From NCBI GenBank assembly GCA_964016885.1, contig OZ024741.1, forward strand, positions 209,498,001 to 209,562,000: 64,000 bases of DNA. The letters run 5' to 3'. Of the stretch, positions 11,801 through 26,800 are shown piece by piece (the first letter of the stretch is position 1; each line of letters begins with the position of its first letter). Source of the stretch: Eledone cirrhosa (lineage: Eukaryota). The notes under the pieces were generated by a model that was given only the letters and a program-made list of their open reading frames with translations, made no database searches and was not told the DNA's origin. The translations under genes and the position numbers were made by a program.

Positions 11801-14800
11801 CTTGGTGGGATCGATCTGTAATTACTGGTACATGTGCAGACACTCATTGGCTGTGTGTGGCCTGATTTTCAGAAAGATGTCTCCGTAAAATAACGAGTGG
11901 TGGCTGCGTAAATTAATGAATTACGCACGAAAATGAGAAAATTTCGATTCTCGATCGTGGGCCGGCCGGATGTCGGATCGATTCGTAAATACAATGATAA
12001 TGTGCGGACACTCCTTGCCTGTGTGCCGCATGATTTTCAGGACGATATCTCCGTAAAATCAAGAGTTGATAACCCCAACTTAACTTAACCCCAACTTAAC
12101 TTAACCGCAACTTAACTTAACCGCAACCTAACTTAACCCCAACTTAACTTAACCGCAACCTAACTTAACCCCAACTTAACTTAACCGCAACTTAACTTAA
12201 CCCCAACCTAACTTAACCCCAACTTAACTTAACCGCAACTTAACTTAACCGCAACCTAACTTAACCCCAACTTAACTTAACCGCAACTTAACTTAACCGC
12301 AACTTAGCTTAACCCCAACCCTTGGTGGGATCGATCTGTAATTACTGGTACATGTGCAGACACTCATTGGCTGTGTGTGGCCTGATTTTCAGAAAGATAT
12401 CTCCGTAAAATAACGAGTGGTGGCTGCGTAAAATAATGAATTACGCACGAAAATGAGAAAATTTCGATTCTCGATCGTGGGCCGGCCGGATGTCGGATCG
12501 ATTCGTAAATACAAGGATAATGTGCGGACACTCCTTGGCTGTGTGCGGCATGATTTTCAGGACGATATCTCCGTAAAATCAAGAGTTGATAACCCCAACT
12601 TAACTTAACCGCAACTTAACTTAACCGCAACCTAACTTAACCCCAACTTAACTTAACCGCAACTTAACTTAACCGCAACTTAGCTTAACCCCAACCCTTG
12701 GTGGGATCGATCTGTAATTACTGGTACATGTGCAGACACTCATTGGCTGTGTGTGGCCTGATTTTCAGAAAGATATCTCCGTAAAATAACGAGTGGTGGC
12801 TGCGTAAAATAATGAATTACGCACGAAAATGAGAAAATTTCGATTCTCGATCGTGGGCCGGCCGGATGTCGGATCGATTCGTTAATACAAGGATAATGTG
12901 CGGACACTCCTTGCCTGTGTGCCGCATGATTTTCAGGACGATATCTCCGTAAAATCAAGAGTTGATAACCCCAACTTAACTTAACCCCAACTTAACTTAA
13001 CCGCAACTTAACTTAACCGCAACCTAACTTAACCCCAACTTAACTTAACCGCAACCTAACTTAACCCCAACTTAACTTAACCGCAACTTAACTTAACCCC
13101 AACCTAACTTAACCCCAACTTAACTTAACCGCAACTTAACTTAACCGCAACCTAACTTAACCCCAGCTTAACTTAACCGCAACTTAACTTAACCGCAACT
13201 TAGCTTAACCCCAACTCTTGGTGGGATCGATCTGTAATTACTGGTACATGTGCAGACACTCATTGGCTGTGTGTGGCCTGATTTTCAGAAAGATATCTCC
13301 GTAAAATAACGAGTGGTGGCTGCGTAAAATAATGAATTACGCACGAAAATGAGAAAATTTCTATTCTCGATCGTGGGCCGGCCGGATGTCGGATCGATTC
13401 GTAAATACAAGGATAATGTGCGGACACTCCTTGGCTGTGTGCGGCATGATTTTCAGGACGATATCTCCGTAAAATCAAGAGTTGATAACCCCAACTTAAC
13501 TTAACCCCAACTTAACTTAACCGCAACTTAACTTAACCGCAACCTAACTTAACCCCAACTTAACTTAACCGCAACCTAACTTAACCCAAACTTAACTTAA
13601 CCGCAACTTAACTTAACCCCAACCTAACTTAACCCCAACTTAACTTAACCGCAACTTAACTTAACCGCAACCTAACTTAACCCCAACTTAACTTAACCGC
13701 AACTTAACCCCAACTTAGCTTAACCCCAACCCTTGGTGGGATCGATCTGTAATTACTGGTACATGTGCAGACACTCATTGGCTGTGTGTGGCCTGATTTT
13801 TAGAAAGATATCTCCGTAAAATAACGAGTGGTGGCTGCGTAAAATAATGAATTACGCACGAAAATGAGAAAATTTCGATTCTCGATCGTGGGCCGGCCGG
13901 ATGTCGGATCGATTCGTAAATACAAGGATAATGTGCGGACACTCCTTGGCTGTGTGCGGCATGATTTTCAGGACGATATCTCCGTAAAATCAAGAGTTGA
14001 TAACCCCAACTTAACTTAACCCCAACTTAACTTAACCGCAACTTAACTTAACCGCAACCTAACTTAACCCCAACTTAACTTAACCGCAACCTAACTTAAC
14101 CCCAACTTAACTTAACCGCAACTTAACTTAACCCCAACCTAACTTAACCCCAACTTAACTTAACCGCAACTTAACTTAACCGCAACCTAACTTAACCCCA
14201 ACTTAACTTAACCGCAACTTAACTTAACCGCAACTTAGCTTAACCCCAACCCTTGGTGGGATCGATCTGTAATTACTGGTACATGTGCAGACACTCATTG
14301 GCTGTGTGTGGCCTGATTTTCAGAAAGATATCTCCGTAAAATAACGAGTGGTGGCTGCGTAAAATAATGAATTACGCACGAAAATGAGAAAATTTCGATT
14401 CTCGATCGTGGGCCGGCCGGATGTCGGATCGATTCGTAAATACAAGGATAATGTGCGGACACTCCTTGGCTGTGTGCGGCATGATTTTCAGGACGATATC
14501 TCCGTAAAATCAAGAGTTGATAACCCCAACTTAACTTAACCCCAACTTAACTTAACCGCAACTTAACTTAACCGCAACCTAACTTAACCCCAACTTAACT
14601 TAACCGCAACCTAACTTAACCCAAACTTAACTTAACTTAACCCCAACCTAACTTAACCCCAACTTAACTTAACCGCAACTTAACTTAACCGCAACCTAAC
14701 TTAACCCCAACTTAACTTAACCGCAACTTAACCCCAACTTAGCTTAACCCCAACCCTTGGTGGGATCGATCTGTAATTACTGGTACATGTGCAGACACTC

Positions 14801-17800
14801 ATTGGCTGTGTGTGGCCTGATTTTTAGAAAGATATCTCCGTAAAATAACGAGTGGTGGCTGCGTAAAATAATGAATTACGCACGAAAATGAGAAAATTTC
14901 GATTCTCGATCGTGGGCCGGCCGGATGTCGGATCGATTCGTAAATACAAGGATAATGTGCGGACACTCCTTGGCTGTGTGCGGCATGATTTTCAGGACGA
15001 TATCTCCGTAAAATCAAGAGTTGATAACCCCAACTTAACTTAACCCCAACTTAACTTAACCGCAACTTTACTTAACCGCAACCTAACTTAACCCCAACTT
15101 AACTTAACCGCAACCTAACTTAGCCCCAACTTAACTTAACCCCAACTTAACTTAACCCCAACCTAACTTAACCCCAACTTAACTTAACCGCAACTTAACT
15201 TAACCGCAACCTAACTTAACCCCAACTTAAATTAACCGCAACTTAACTTAACCGCAACTTAGCTTAACCCCAACCCTTGGTGGGATCGATCTGTAATTAC
15301 TGGTACATGTGCAGACACTCATTGGCTGTGTGTGGCCTGATTTTCAGAAAGATATCTCCGTAAAATAACGAGTGGTGGCTGCGTAAAATAATGAATTACG
15401 CACGAAAATGAGAAAATTTCGATTCTCGATCGTGGGCCGGCCGGATGTCGGATCGATTCGTAAATACAAGGATAATGTGCGGACACTCCTTGGCTGTGTG
15501 CCGCATGATTTTCAGGACGATATCTCCGTAAAATCAAGAGTTGATAACCCCAACTTAACTTAACCCCAACTTAACTTAACCGCAACTTAACTTAACCGCA
15601 ACCTAACTTAACCCCAACTTAACTTAACCGCAACCTAACTTAACCCCAACTTAACTTAACCGCAACTTAACTTAACCCCAACTTAACTTAACCCCAACTT
15701 AACTTAACCGCAACTTAACTTAACCGCAACCTAACTTAACCCCAACTTAACTTAACCGCAACTTAACTTAACCGCAACTTAGCTTAACCCCAACCCTTGG
15801 TGGGATCGATCTGTAATTACTGGTATATGTGCAGACACTCATTGGCTGTGTGTGGCCTGATTTTCAGAAAGATATCTCCGTAAAATAACGAGTGGTGGCT
15901 GCGTAAAATAATGAATTACGCACGAAAATGAGAAAATTTCCATTCTCGATCGTGGGCCGGCCGGATGTCGGATCGATTCGTAAATACAAGGATAATGTGC
16001 GGACACTCCTTGGCTGTGTGCGGCATGATTTTCAGGACGATATTTCCGTAAAATCAAGAGTTGATAACCCCAACTTAACTTAACCCCAACTTAACTTAAC
16101 CCCAACTTAACTTAACCCCAACTTAACTTAACCGCAACTTAACTTAACCGCAACCTAACTTAACCCCAACTTAACTTAACCGCAACCTAACTTAACCACA
16201 ACTTAACTTAACCGCAACTTAACTTAACCCCAACCTAACTTAACCCCAACTTAACTTAACCGCAACTTAACTTAACCGCAACCTAACTTAACCCCAACTT
16301 AACTTAACCGCAACTTAACTTAACCGCAACTTAGCTTAACCCCAACCCTTGGTGCGATCGATCTGTAATTACTGGTACATGTGCAGACACTCATTGGCTG
16401 TGTGTGGCCTGATTTTCAGAAAGATATCTCCGTAAAATAACGAGTGGTGGCTGCGTAAAATAATGAATTACACACGAAAATGAGAAAATTTCGATTCTCG
16501 ATCGTGGGCCGGCCGGATGTCGGATCGATTCGTAAATACAAGGATAATGTGCGGACACTCCTTGGCTGTGTGCGGCATGATTTTCAGGACGATATTTCCG
16601 TAAAATCAAGAGTTGATAACCCCAACTTAACTTAACCCCAACTTAACTTAACCCCAACTTAACTTAACCGCAACCTAACTTAACCCCAACTTAACTTAAC
16701 CCCAACCTAACTTAACCCCAACTTAACTTAACCGCAACTTAACTTAACCGCAACCTAACTTAACCCCAGCTTAACTTAACCGCAACTTAACTTAACCGCA
16801 ACTTAGCTTAACCCCAACTCTTGGTGGGATCGATCTGTAATTACTGGTACATGTGCAGACACTCATTGGCTGTGTGTGGCCTGATTTTCAGAAAGATATC
16901 TCCGTAAAATAACGAGTGGTGGCTGCGTAAAATAATGAATTACGCACGAAAATGAGAAAATTTCGATTCTCGATCGTGGGCCGGCCGGATGTCGGATCGA
17001 TTCGTAAATACAAGGATAATGTGCGGACACTCCTTGGCTGTGTGCGGCATGATTTTCAGGACGATATCTCCGTAAAATCAAGAGTTGATAACCCCAACTT
17101 AACTTAACCGCAACTTAACTTAACCGCAACCTAACTTAACCCCAACTTAACTTAACTGCAACCTAACTTAACCCAAACTTAACTTAACCGCAACTTAACT
17201 TAACCCCAACCTAACTTAACCCCAACTTAACTTAACCGCAACTTAACTTAACCGCAACCTAACTTAACCCCAACTTAACTTAACCGCAACTTAACCCCAA
17301 CTTAGCTTAACCCCAACCCTTGGTGGGATCGATCTGTAATTACTGGTACATGTGCAGACACTCATTGGCTGTGTGTGGCCTGATTTTTAGAAAGATATCT
17401 CCGTAAAATAACGAGTGGTGGCTGCGTAAAATAATGAATTACGCACGAAAATGAGAAAATTTCGATTCTCGATCGTGGGCCGGCCGGATGTCGGATCGAT
17501 TCGTAAATACAAGGATAATGTGCGGACACTCCTTGGCTGTGTGCGGCATGATTTTCAGGACGATATCTCCGTAAAATCAAGAGTTGATAACCCCAACTAA
17601 ACTTAACCCCAACTTAACTTAACCGCAACTTTACTTAACCGCAACCTAACTTAACCCCAACTTAACTTAACCGCAACCTAACTTAACCCCAACTTAACTT
17701 AACCGCAACTTAACTTAACCCCAACCTAAATTAACTCCAACTTAACTTAACCGCAACTTAACTTAACCGCAACCTAACTTAACCCCAACTTAATTTAACC

Positions 17801-17836
17801 GCAACTTAACTTAACCGCAACTTAGCTTAACCCCAG
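8807..17836. repeat. Example higher-order repeat unit (18 monomers, 9030 bp) delimited by the diagnostic 'M' monomer
   Basis: The M monomer (TCGCATCG, AAATAGAAG, GATATTTCC) occurs at the window start, 8852, 17882, 28042, 32594, 35746, 40314, 47997, 57531 and 61563. The order of other marked monomers between them is largely preserved. Confidence 0.8.
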
Positions 17837-20800
17837 CCCTTAGTGGGATCGATCTGTAATTACTGGTACATGTGCAGACACTCATTGGCTGTGTGTGGCC
17901 TGATTTTCAGAAAGATATCTCCGTAAAATAACGAGTGGTGGCTGCGTAAAATAATGAATTACGCACGAAAATGAGAAAATTTCGATTCTCAATCGTGGGC
18001 CGGCCGGATGTCGCATCGATTCGTAAATAGAAGGATAATGTGCGGACACTCCTTGGCTGTGTGCGGCATGATTTTCAGGACGATATTTCCGTAAAATCAA
18101 GAGTTGATAACCCCAACTTAACTTAACCCCAACTTAACTTAACCCCAACTTAACTTAACCCCAACTTAACTTAACCGCAACTTAACTTAACCGCAACCTA
18201 ACTTAACCCCAACTTAACTTAACCGCAACCTAACTTAACCACAACTTAACTTAACCGCAACTTAACTTAACCCCAACCTAACTTAACCCCAACTTAACTT
18301 AACCGCAACTTAACTTAACCGCAACCTAACTTAACCCCAACTTAACTTAACCGCAACTTAACTTAACCGCAACTTAGCTTAACCCCAACCCTTGGTGGGA
18401 TCGATCTGTAATTACTGGTACATGTGCAGACACTCATTGGCTGTGTGTGGCCTGATTTTCAGAAAGATATCTCCGTAAAATAACGAGTGGTGGCTGCGTA
18501 AAATAATGAATTACACACGAAAATGAGAAAATTTCGATTCTCGATCGTGGGCCGGCCGGATGTCGGATCGATTCGTAAATACAAGGATAATGTGCGGACA
18601 CTCCTTGGCTGTGTGCGGCATGATTTTCAGGACGATATCTCCGTAAAATCAAGAGTTGATAACCCCAACTTAACTTAACCCCAACTTAACTTAACCGCAA
18701 CTTAACTTAACCGCAACCTAACTTAACCCCAACTTAACTTAACCGCAACCTAACTTAACCCCAACTTAGCTTAACCGCAACTTAACTTAACCCCAACCTA
18801 ACTTAACCCCAACTTAACTTAACCGCAACTTAACTTAACCGCAACCTAACTTAACCCCAACTTAACTTAACCGCAACTTAACTTAACCGCAACTTAGCTT
18901 AACCCCAACCCTTGGTGGGATCGATCTGTAATTACTGGTACATGTGCAGACACTCATTGGCTGTGTGTGGCCTGATTTTCAGAAAGATATCTCCGTAAAA
19001 TAACGAGTGGTGGCTGCGTAAAATAATGAATTACGCACGAAAATGAGAAAATTTCGATTCTCGATTGTGGGCCGGCCGGATGTCGGATCGATTCGTAAAT
19101 ACAAGGATAATGTGCGGACACTCCTTGGCTGTGTGCGGCATGATTTTCAGGACGATATCTCCGTAAAATCAAGAGTTGATAACCCCAACTTAACTTAACC
19201 CCAACTTAACTTAACCGCAACTTAACTTAACCGCAACCTAACTTAACCCCAACTTAACTTAACCGCAACCTAACTTAACCCCAACTTAACTTAACCGCAA
19301 CTTAACTTAACCCCAACCTAACTTAACCCCAACTTAACTTAACCGCAACTTAACTTAACCGCAACCTAACTTAACCCTAACTTAACTTAACCGCAACTTA
19401 ACTTAACCGCAACTTAGCTTAACCCCAACCCTTGGTGGGATCGATCTGTAATTACTGGTACATGTGCAGACACTCATTGGCTGTGTGTGGCCTGATTTTC
19501 AGAAAGATATCTCCGTAAAATAACGAGTGGTGGCTGCGTAAATTAATGAATTACGCACGAAAATGAGAAAATTTCGATTCTCGATCGTGGGCCGGCCGGA
19601 TGTCGGATCGATTCGTAAATACAAGGATAATGTGCGGACACTCCTTGCCTGTGTGCCGCATGATTTTCAGGACGATATCTCCGTAAAATCAAGAGTTGAT
19701 AACCCCAACTTAACTTAACCCCAACTTAACTTAACCGCAACTTAACTGAACCGCAACCTAACTTAACCCCAACTTAACTTAACCGCAACCTAACTTAACC
19801 CCAACTTAACTTAACCGCAACTTAACTTAACCCCAACCTAACTTAACTCCAACTTAACTTAACCGCAACTTAACTTAACCGCAACCTAACTTAACCCCAA
19901 CTTAACTTAACCGCAACTTAACTTAACCGCAACTTAGCTTAACCCCAACCCTTGGTGGGATCGATCTGTAATTACTGGTACATGTGCAGACACTCATTGG
20001 CTGTGTGTGGCCTGATTTTCAGAAAGATATCTCCGTAAAATAACGAGTGGTGGCTGCGTAAATAATGAATTACGCACGAAAATGAGAAAGTTTCGATTCT
20101 CGATCGTGGGCCGGCCGGATGTCGGATCGATTCGTAAATACAAGGATAATGTGCGGACACTCCTTGGCTGTGTGCGGCATGATTTTCAGGACGATATCTC
20201 CGTAAAATCAAGAGTTGATAACCCCAACTTGACTTAACCGCAACTTAACTTAACCGCAACCTAACTTAACCCTAACTTAACTTAACCGCAACTTAACTTA
20301 ACCGCAACTTAGCTTAACCCCAACCCTTGGTGGGATCGATCTGTAATTACTGGTACATGTGCAGACACTCATTGGCTGTGTGTGGCCTGATTTTCAGAAA
20401 GATATCTCCGTAAAATAACGAGTGGTGGCTGCGTAAAATAATGAATTACGCACGAAAATGAGAAAATTTCGATTCTCGATCGTGGGCCGGCCGGATGTCG
20501 GATCGATTCGTAAATACAAGGATAATGTGCGGACACTCCTTGCCTGTGTGCCGCATGATTTTCAGGACGATTTCTCCGTAAAATCAAGAGTTGATAACCC
20601 CAACTTAACTTAACCCCAACTTAACTTAACCGCAACTTAACTTAACCGCAACCTAACTTAACCCCAACTTAACTTAACCGCAACCTAACTTAACCCCAAC
20701 TTAACTTAACCGCAACTTAACTTAACCCCAACCTAACTTAACCCCAACTTAACTTAACCGCAACTTAACTTAACCGCAACCTAACTTAACCCCAACTTAA

Positions 20801-23800
20801 CTTAACCGCAACTTAACTTAACCGCAACTTAGCTTAACCCCAACCCTTGGTGGGATCGATCTGTAATTACTGGTACATGTGCAGACACTCATTGGCTGTG
20901 TGTGGCCTGATTTTCAGAAAGATATCTCCGTAAAATAACGAGTGGTGGCTGCGTAAAATAATGAATTACGCACGAAAATGAGAAAATTTCGATTCTCGAT
21001 CGTGGGCCGGCCGGATGTCGGATCGATTCGTAAATACAAGGATAATGTGCGGACACTCCTTGGCTGTGTGCGGCATGATTTTCAGGACGATATCTCCGTA
21101 AAATCAAGCGTTGATAACCCCAACTTAACTTAACCCCAACTTAACTTAACCGCAACTTAACTTAACCGCAACCTAACTTAACCCCAACTTAACTTAACCG
21201 CAACCTAACTTAACCCCAACTTAACTTAACCGCAACTTAACTTAACCCCAACCTAACTTAACCCCAACTTAACTTAACCGCAACTTAACTTAACCGCAAC
21301 CTAACTTAACCCTAACTTAACCGCAACTTAACTTAACCGCAACTTAGCTTAACCCCAACCCTTGGTGGGATCGATCTGTAATTACTGGTACATGTGCAGA
21401 CACTCATTGGCTGTGTGTGGCCTGATTTTCAGAAAGATGTCTCCGTAAAATAACGAGTGGTGGCTGCGTAAATTAATGAATTACGCACGAAAATGAGAAA
21501 ATTTCGATTCTCGATCGTGGGCCGGCCGGATGTCGGATCGATTCGTAAATACAATGATAATGTGCGGACACTCCTTGCCTGTGTGCCGCATGATTTTCAG
21601 GACGATATCTCCGTAAAATCAAGAGTTGATAACCCCAACTTAACTTAACCCCAACTTAACTTAACCGCAACTTAACTTAACCGCAACCTAACTTAACCCC
21701 AACTTAACTTAACCGCAACCTAACTTAACCCCAACTTAACTTAACCGCAACTTAACTTAACCCCAACCTAACTTAACCCCAACTTAACTTAACCGCAACT
21801 TAACTTAACCGCAACCTAACTTAACCCCAACTTAACTTAACCGCAACTTAACTTAACCGCAACTTAGCTTAACCCCAACCCTTGGTGGGATCGATCTGTA
21901 ATTACTGGTACATGTGCAGACACTCATTGGCTGTGTGTGGCCTGATTTTCAGAAAGATATCTCCGTAAAATAACGAGTGGTGGCTGCGTAAAATAATGAA
22001 TTACGCACGAAAATGAGAAAATTTCGATTCTCGATCGTGGGCCGGCCGGATGTCGGATCGATTCGTAAATACAAGGATAATCTGCGGACACTCCTTGGCT
22101 GTGTGCGGCATGATTTTCAGGACGATATCTCCGTAAAATCAAGAGTTGATAACCCCAACTTAACTTAACCCCAACTTAACTTAACCGCAACTTAACTTAA
22201 CCGCAACCTAACTTAACCCCAACTTAACTTAACCGCAACCTAACTTAACCCCAACTTAACTTAACCGCAACCTAACTTAACCCCAACTTAACTTAACCGC
22301 AACTTAACTTAACCCCAACCTAACTTAACCCCAACTTAACTTAACCGCAACTTAACTTAACCGCAACCTAACTTAACCCTAACTTAACTTAACCGCAACT
22401 TAACTTAACCGCAACTTAGCTTAACCCCAACCCTTGGTGGGATCGATCTGTAATTACTGGTACATGTGCAGACACTCATTGGCTGTGTGTGGCCTGATTT
22501 TCAGAAAGATGTCTCCGTAAAATAACGAGTGGTGGCTGCGTAAATTAATGAATTACGCACGAAAATGAGAAAATTTCGATTCTCGATCGTGGGCCGGCCG
22601 GATGTCGGATCGATTCGTAAATACAATGATAATGTGCGGACACTCCTTGCCTGTGTGCCGCATGATTTTCAGGACGATATCTCCGTAAAATCAAGAGTTG
22701 ATAACCCCAACTTAACTTAACCCCAACTTAACTTAACCGCAACTTAACTTAACCGCAACCTAACTTAACCCCAACTTAACTTAACCGCAACCTAACTTAA
22801 CCCCAACTTAACTTAACCGCAACTTAACTTAACCCCAACCTAACTTAACCCCAACTTAACTTAACCGCAACTTAACTTAACCGCAACCTAACTTAACCCC
22901 AACTTAACTTAACCGCAACTTAACTTAACCGCAACTTAGCTTAACCCCAACCCTTGGTGGGATCGATCTGTAATTACTGGTACATGTGCAGACACTCATT
23001 GGCTGTGTGTGGCCTGATTTTCAGAAAGATATCTCCGTAAAATAACGAGTGGTGGCTGCGTAAAATAATGAATTACGCACGAAAATGAGAAAATTTCGAT
23101 TCTCGATCGTGGGCCGGCCGGATGTCGGATCGATTCGTAAATACAAGGATAATGTGCGGACACTCCTTGGCTGTGTGCGGCATGATTTTCAGGACGATAT
23201 CTCCGTAAAATCAAGAGTTGATAACCCCAACTTAACTTAACCGCAACTTAACTTAACCGCAACCTAACTTAACCCCAACTTAACTTAACCGCAACTTAAC
23301 TTAACCGCAACTTAGCTTAACCCCAACCCTTGGTGGGATCGATCTGTAATTACTGGTACATGTGCAGACACTCATTGGCTGTGTGTGGCCTGATTTTCAG
23401 AAAGATATCTCCGTAAAATAACGAGTGGTGGCTGCGTAAAATAATGAATTACGCACGAAAATGAGAAAATTTCGATTCTCGATCGTGGGCCGGCCGGATG
23501 TCGGATCGATTCGTTAATACAAGGATAATGTGCGGACACTCCTTGCCTGTGTGCCGCATGATTTTCAGGACGATATCTCCGTAAAATCAAGAGTTGATAA
23601 CCCCAACTTAACTTAACCCCAACTTAACTTAACCGCAACTTAACTTAACCGCAACCTAACTTAACCCCAACTTAACTTAACCGCAACCTAACTTAACCCC
23701 AACTTAACTTAACCGCAACTTAACTTAACCCCAACCTAACTTAACCCCAACTTAACTTAACCGCAACTTAACTTAACCGCAACCTAACTTAACCCCAGCT

Positions 23801-26800
23801 TAACTTAACCGCAACTTAACTTAACCGCAACTTAGCTTAACCCCAACTCTTGGTGGGATCGATCTGTAATTACTGGTACATGTGCAGACACTCATTGGCT
23901 GTGTGTGGCCTGATTTTCAGAAAGATATCTCCGTAAAATAACGAGTGGTGGCTGCGTAAAATAATGAATTACGCACGAAAATGAGAAAATTTCGATTCTC
24001 GATCGTGGGCCGGCCGGATGTCGGATCGATTCGTAAATACAAGGATAATGTGCGGACACTCCTTGGCTGTGTGCGGCATGATTTTCAGGACGATATCTCC
24101 GTAAAATCAAGAGTTGATAACCCCAACTTAACTTAACCCCAACTTAACTTAACCGCAACTTAACTTAACCGCAACCTAACTTAACCCCAACTTAACTTAA
24201 CCGCAACCTAACTTAACCCAAACTTAACTTAACCGCAACTTAACTTAACCCCAACCTAACTTAACCCCAACTTAACTTAACCGCAACTTAACTTAACCGC
24301 AACCTAACTTAACCCCAACTTAACTTAACCGCAACTTAACCCCAACTTAGCTTAACCCCAACCCTTGGTGGGATCGATCTGTAATTACTGGTACATGTGC
24401 AGACACTCATTGGCTGTGTGTGGCCTGATTTTTAGAAAGATATCTCCGTAAAATAACGAGTGGTGGCTGCGTAAAATAATGAATTACGCACGAAAATGAG
24501 AAAATTTCGATTCTCGATCGTGGGCCGGCCGGATGTCGGATCGATTCGTAAATACAAGGATAATGTGCGGACACTCCTTGGCTGTGTGCGGCATGAGTTT
24601 CAGGACGATATCTCCGTAAAATCAAGAGTTGATAACCCCAACTTAACTTAACCCCAACTTAACTTAACCGCAACTTAACTTAACCGCAACCTAACTTAAC
24701 CCCAACTTAACTTAACCGCAACCTAACTTAACCCCAACTTAACTTAACCGCAACTTAACTTAACCCCAACCTAACTTAACCCCAACTTAACTTAACCGCA
24801 ACTTAACTTAACCGCAACCTAACTTAACCCCAACTTAACTTAACCGCAACTTAACTTAACCGCAACTTAGCTTAACCCCAACCCTTGGTGGGATCGATCT
24901 GTAATTACTGGTACATGTGCAGACACTCATTGGCTGTGTGTGGCCTGATTTTCAGAAAGATATCTCCGTAAAATAACGAGTGGTGGCTGCGTAAAATAAT
25001 GAATTACGCACGAAAATGAGAAAATTTCGATTCTCGATCGTGGGCCGGCCGGATGTCGGATCGATTCGTAAATACAAGGATAATGTGCGGACACTCCTTG
25101 GCTGTGAGCCGCATGATTTTCAGGACGATATCTCCGTAAAATCAAGAGTTGATAACCCCAACTTAACTTAACCCCAACTTAACTTAACCGCAACTTAACT
25201 TAACCGCAACCTAACTTAACCCCAACTTAACTTAACCGCAACCTAACTTAACCCCAACTTAACTTAACCGCAACTTAACTTAACACCAACCTAACTTAAC
25301 CCCAACTTAACTTAACGGCAACTTAACTTAACCGCAACCTAACTTAACCCCAACTTAACTTAACCGCAACTTAACTTAACCGCAACCTAGCTTAACCCCA
25401 ACCCTTGGTGGGATCGATCTGTAATTACTGGTACATGTGCAGACACTCATTGGCTGTGTGTGGCCTGATTTTCAGAAAGATATCTCCGTAAAATAACGAG
25501 TGGTGGCTGCGTAAAATAATGAATTACGCACGAAAATGAGAAAATTTCGATTCTCGATCGTGGGCCGGCCGGATGTCGGATCGATTCGTAAATACAAGGA
25601 TAATGTGCGGACACTCCTTGGCTGTGTGCGGCATGATTTTCAGGACGATATCTCCGTAAAATCAAGAGTTGATAACCCCAACTTAACTTAACCCCAACTT
25701 AACTTAACCGCAACTTAACTTAACCGCAACCTAACTTAACCCCAACTTAACTTAACCGCAACCTAACTTAACCCAAACTTAACTTAACCGCAACTTAACT
25801 TAACCCCAACCTAACTTAACCCCAACTTAACTTAACCGCAACTTAACTTAACCGCAACCTAACTTAACCCCAACTTAACTTAACCGCAACTTAACCCCAA
25901 CTTAGCTTAACCCCAACCCTTGGTGGGATCGATCTGTAATTACTGGTACATGTGCAGACACTCATTGGCTGTGTGTGGCCTGATTTTTAGAAAGATATCT
26001 CCGTAAAATAACGAGTGGTGGCTGCGTAAAATAATGAATTACGCACGAAAATGAGAAAATTTCGATTCTCGATCGTGGGCCGGCCGGATGTCGGATCGAT
26101 TCGTAAATACAAGGATAATGTGCGGACACTCCTTGGCTGTGTGCGGCATGATTTTCAGGACGATATCTCCGTAAAATCAAGAGTTGATAACCCCAACTTA
26201 ACTTAACCCCAACTTAACTTAACCGCAACTTTACTTAACCGCAACCTAACTTAACCCCAACTTAACTTAACCGCAACCTAACTTAGCCCCAACTTAACTT
26301 AACCCCAACTTAACTTAACCCCAACCTAACTTAACCCCAACTTAACTTAACCGCAACTTAACTTAACCGCAACCTAACTTAACCCCAACTTAAATTAACC
26401 GCAACTTAACTTAACCGCAACTTAGCTTAACCCCAACCCTTGGTGGGATCGATCTGTAATTACTGGTACATGTGCAGACACTCATTGGCTGTGTGTGGCC
26501 TGATTTTCAGAAAGATATCTCCGTAAAATAACGAGTGGTGGCTGCGTAAAATAATGAATTACGCACGAAAATGAGAAAATTTCGATTCTCGATCGTGGGC
26601 CGGCCGGATGTCGGATCGATTCGTAAATACAAGGATAATGTGCGGACACTCCTTGGCTGTGTGCGGCATGATTTTCAGGACGATATCTCCGTAAAATCAA
26701 GAGTTGATAACCCCAACTTAACTTAACCCCAACTTAACTTAACCGCAACTTAACTTAACCGCAACCTAACTTAACCCCAACTTAACTTAACCGCAACCTA

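Noticed and set aside
19972-20211. 79-aa ORF variant
   Set aside because: It is produced by a 1-bp deletion in one satellite core and is not a distinct gene.
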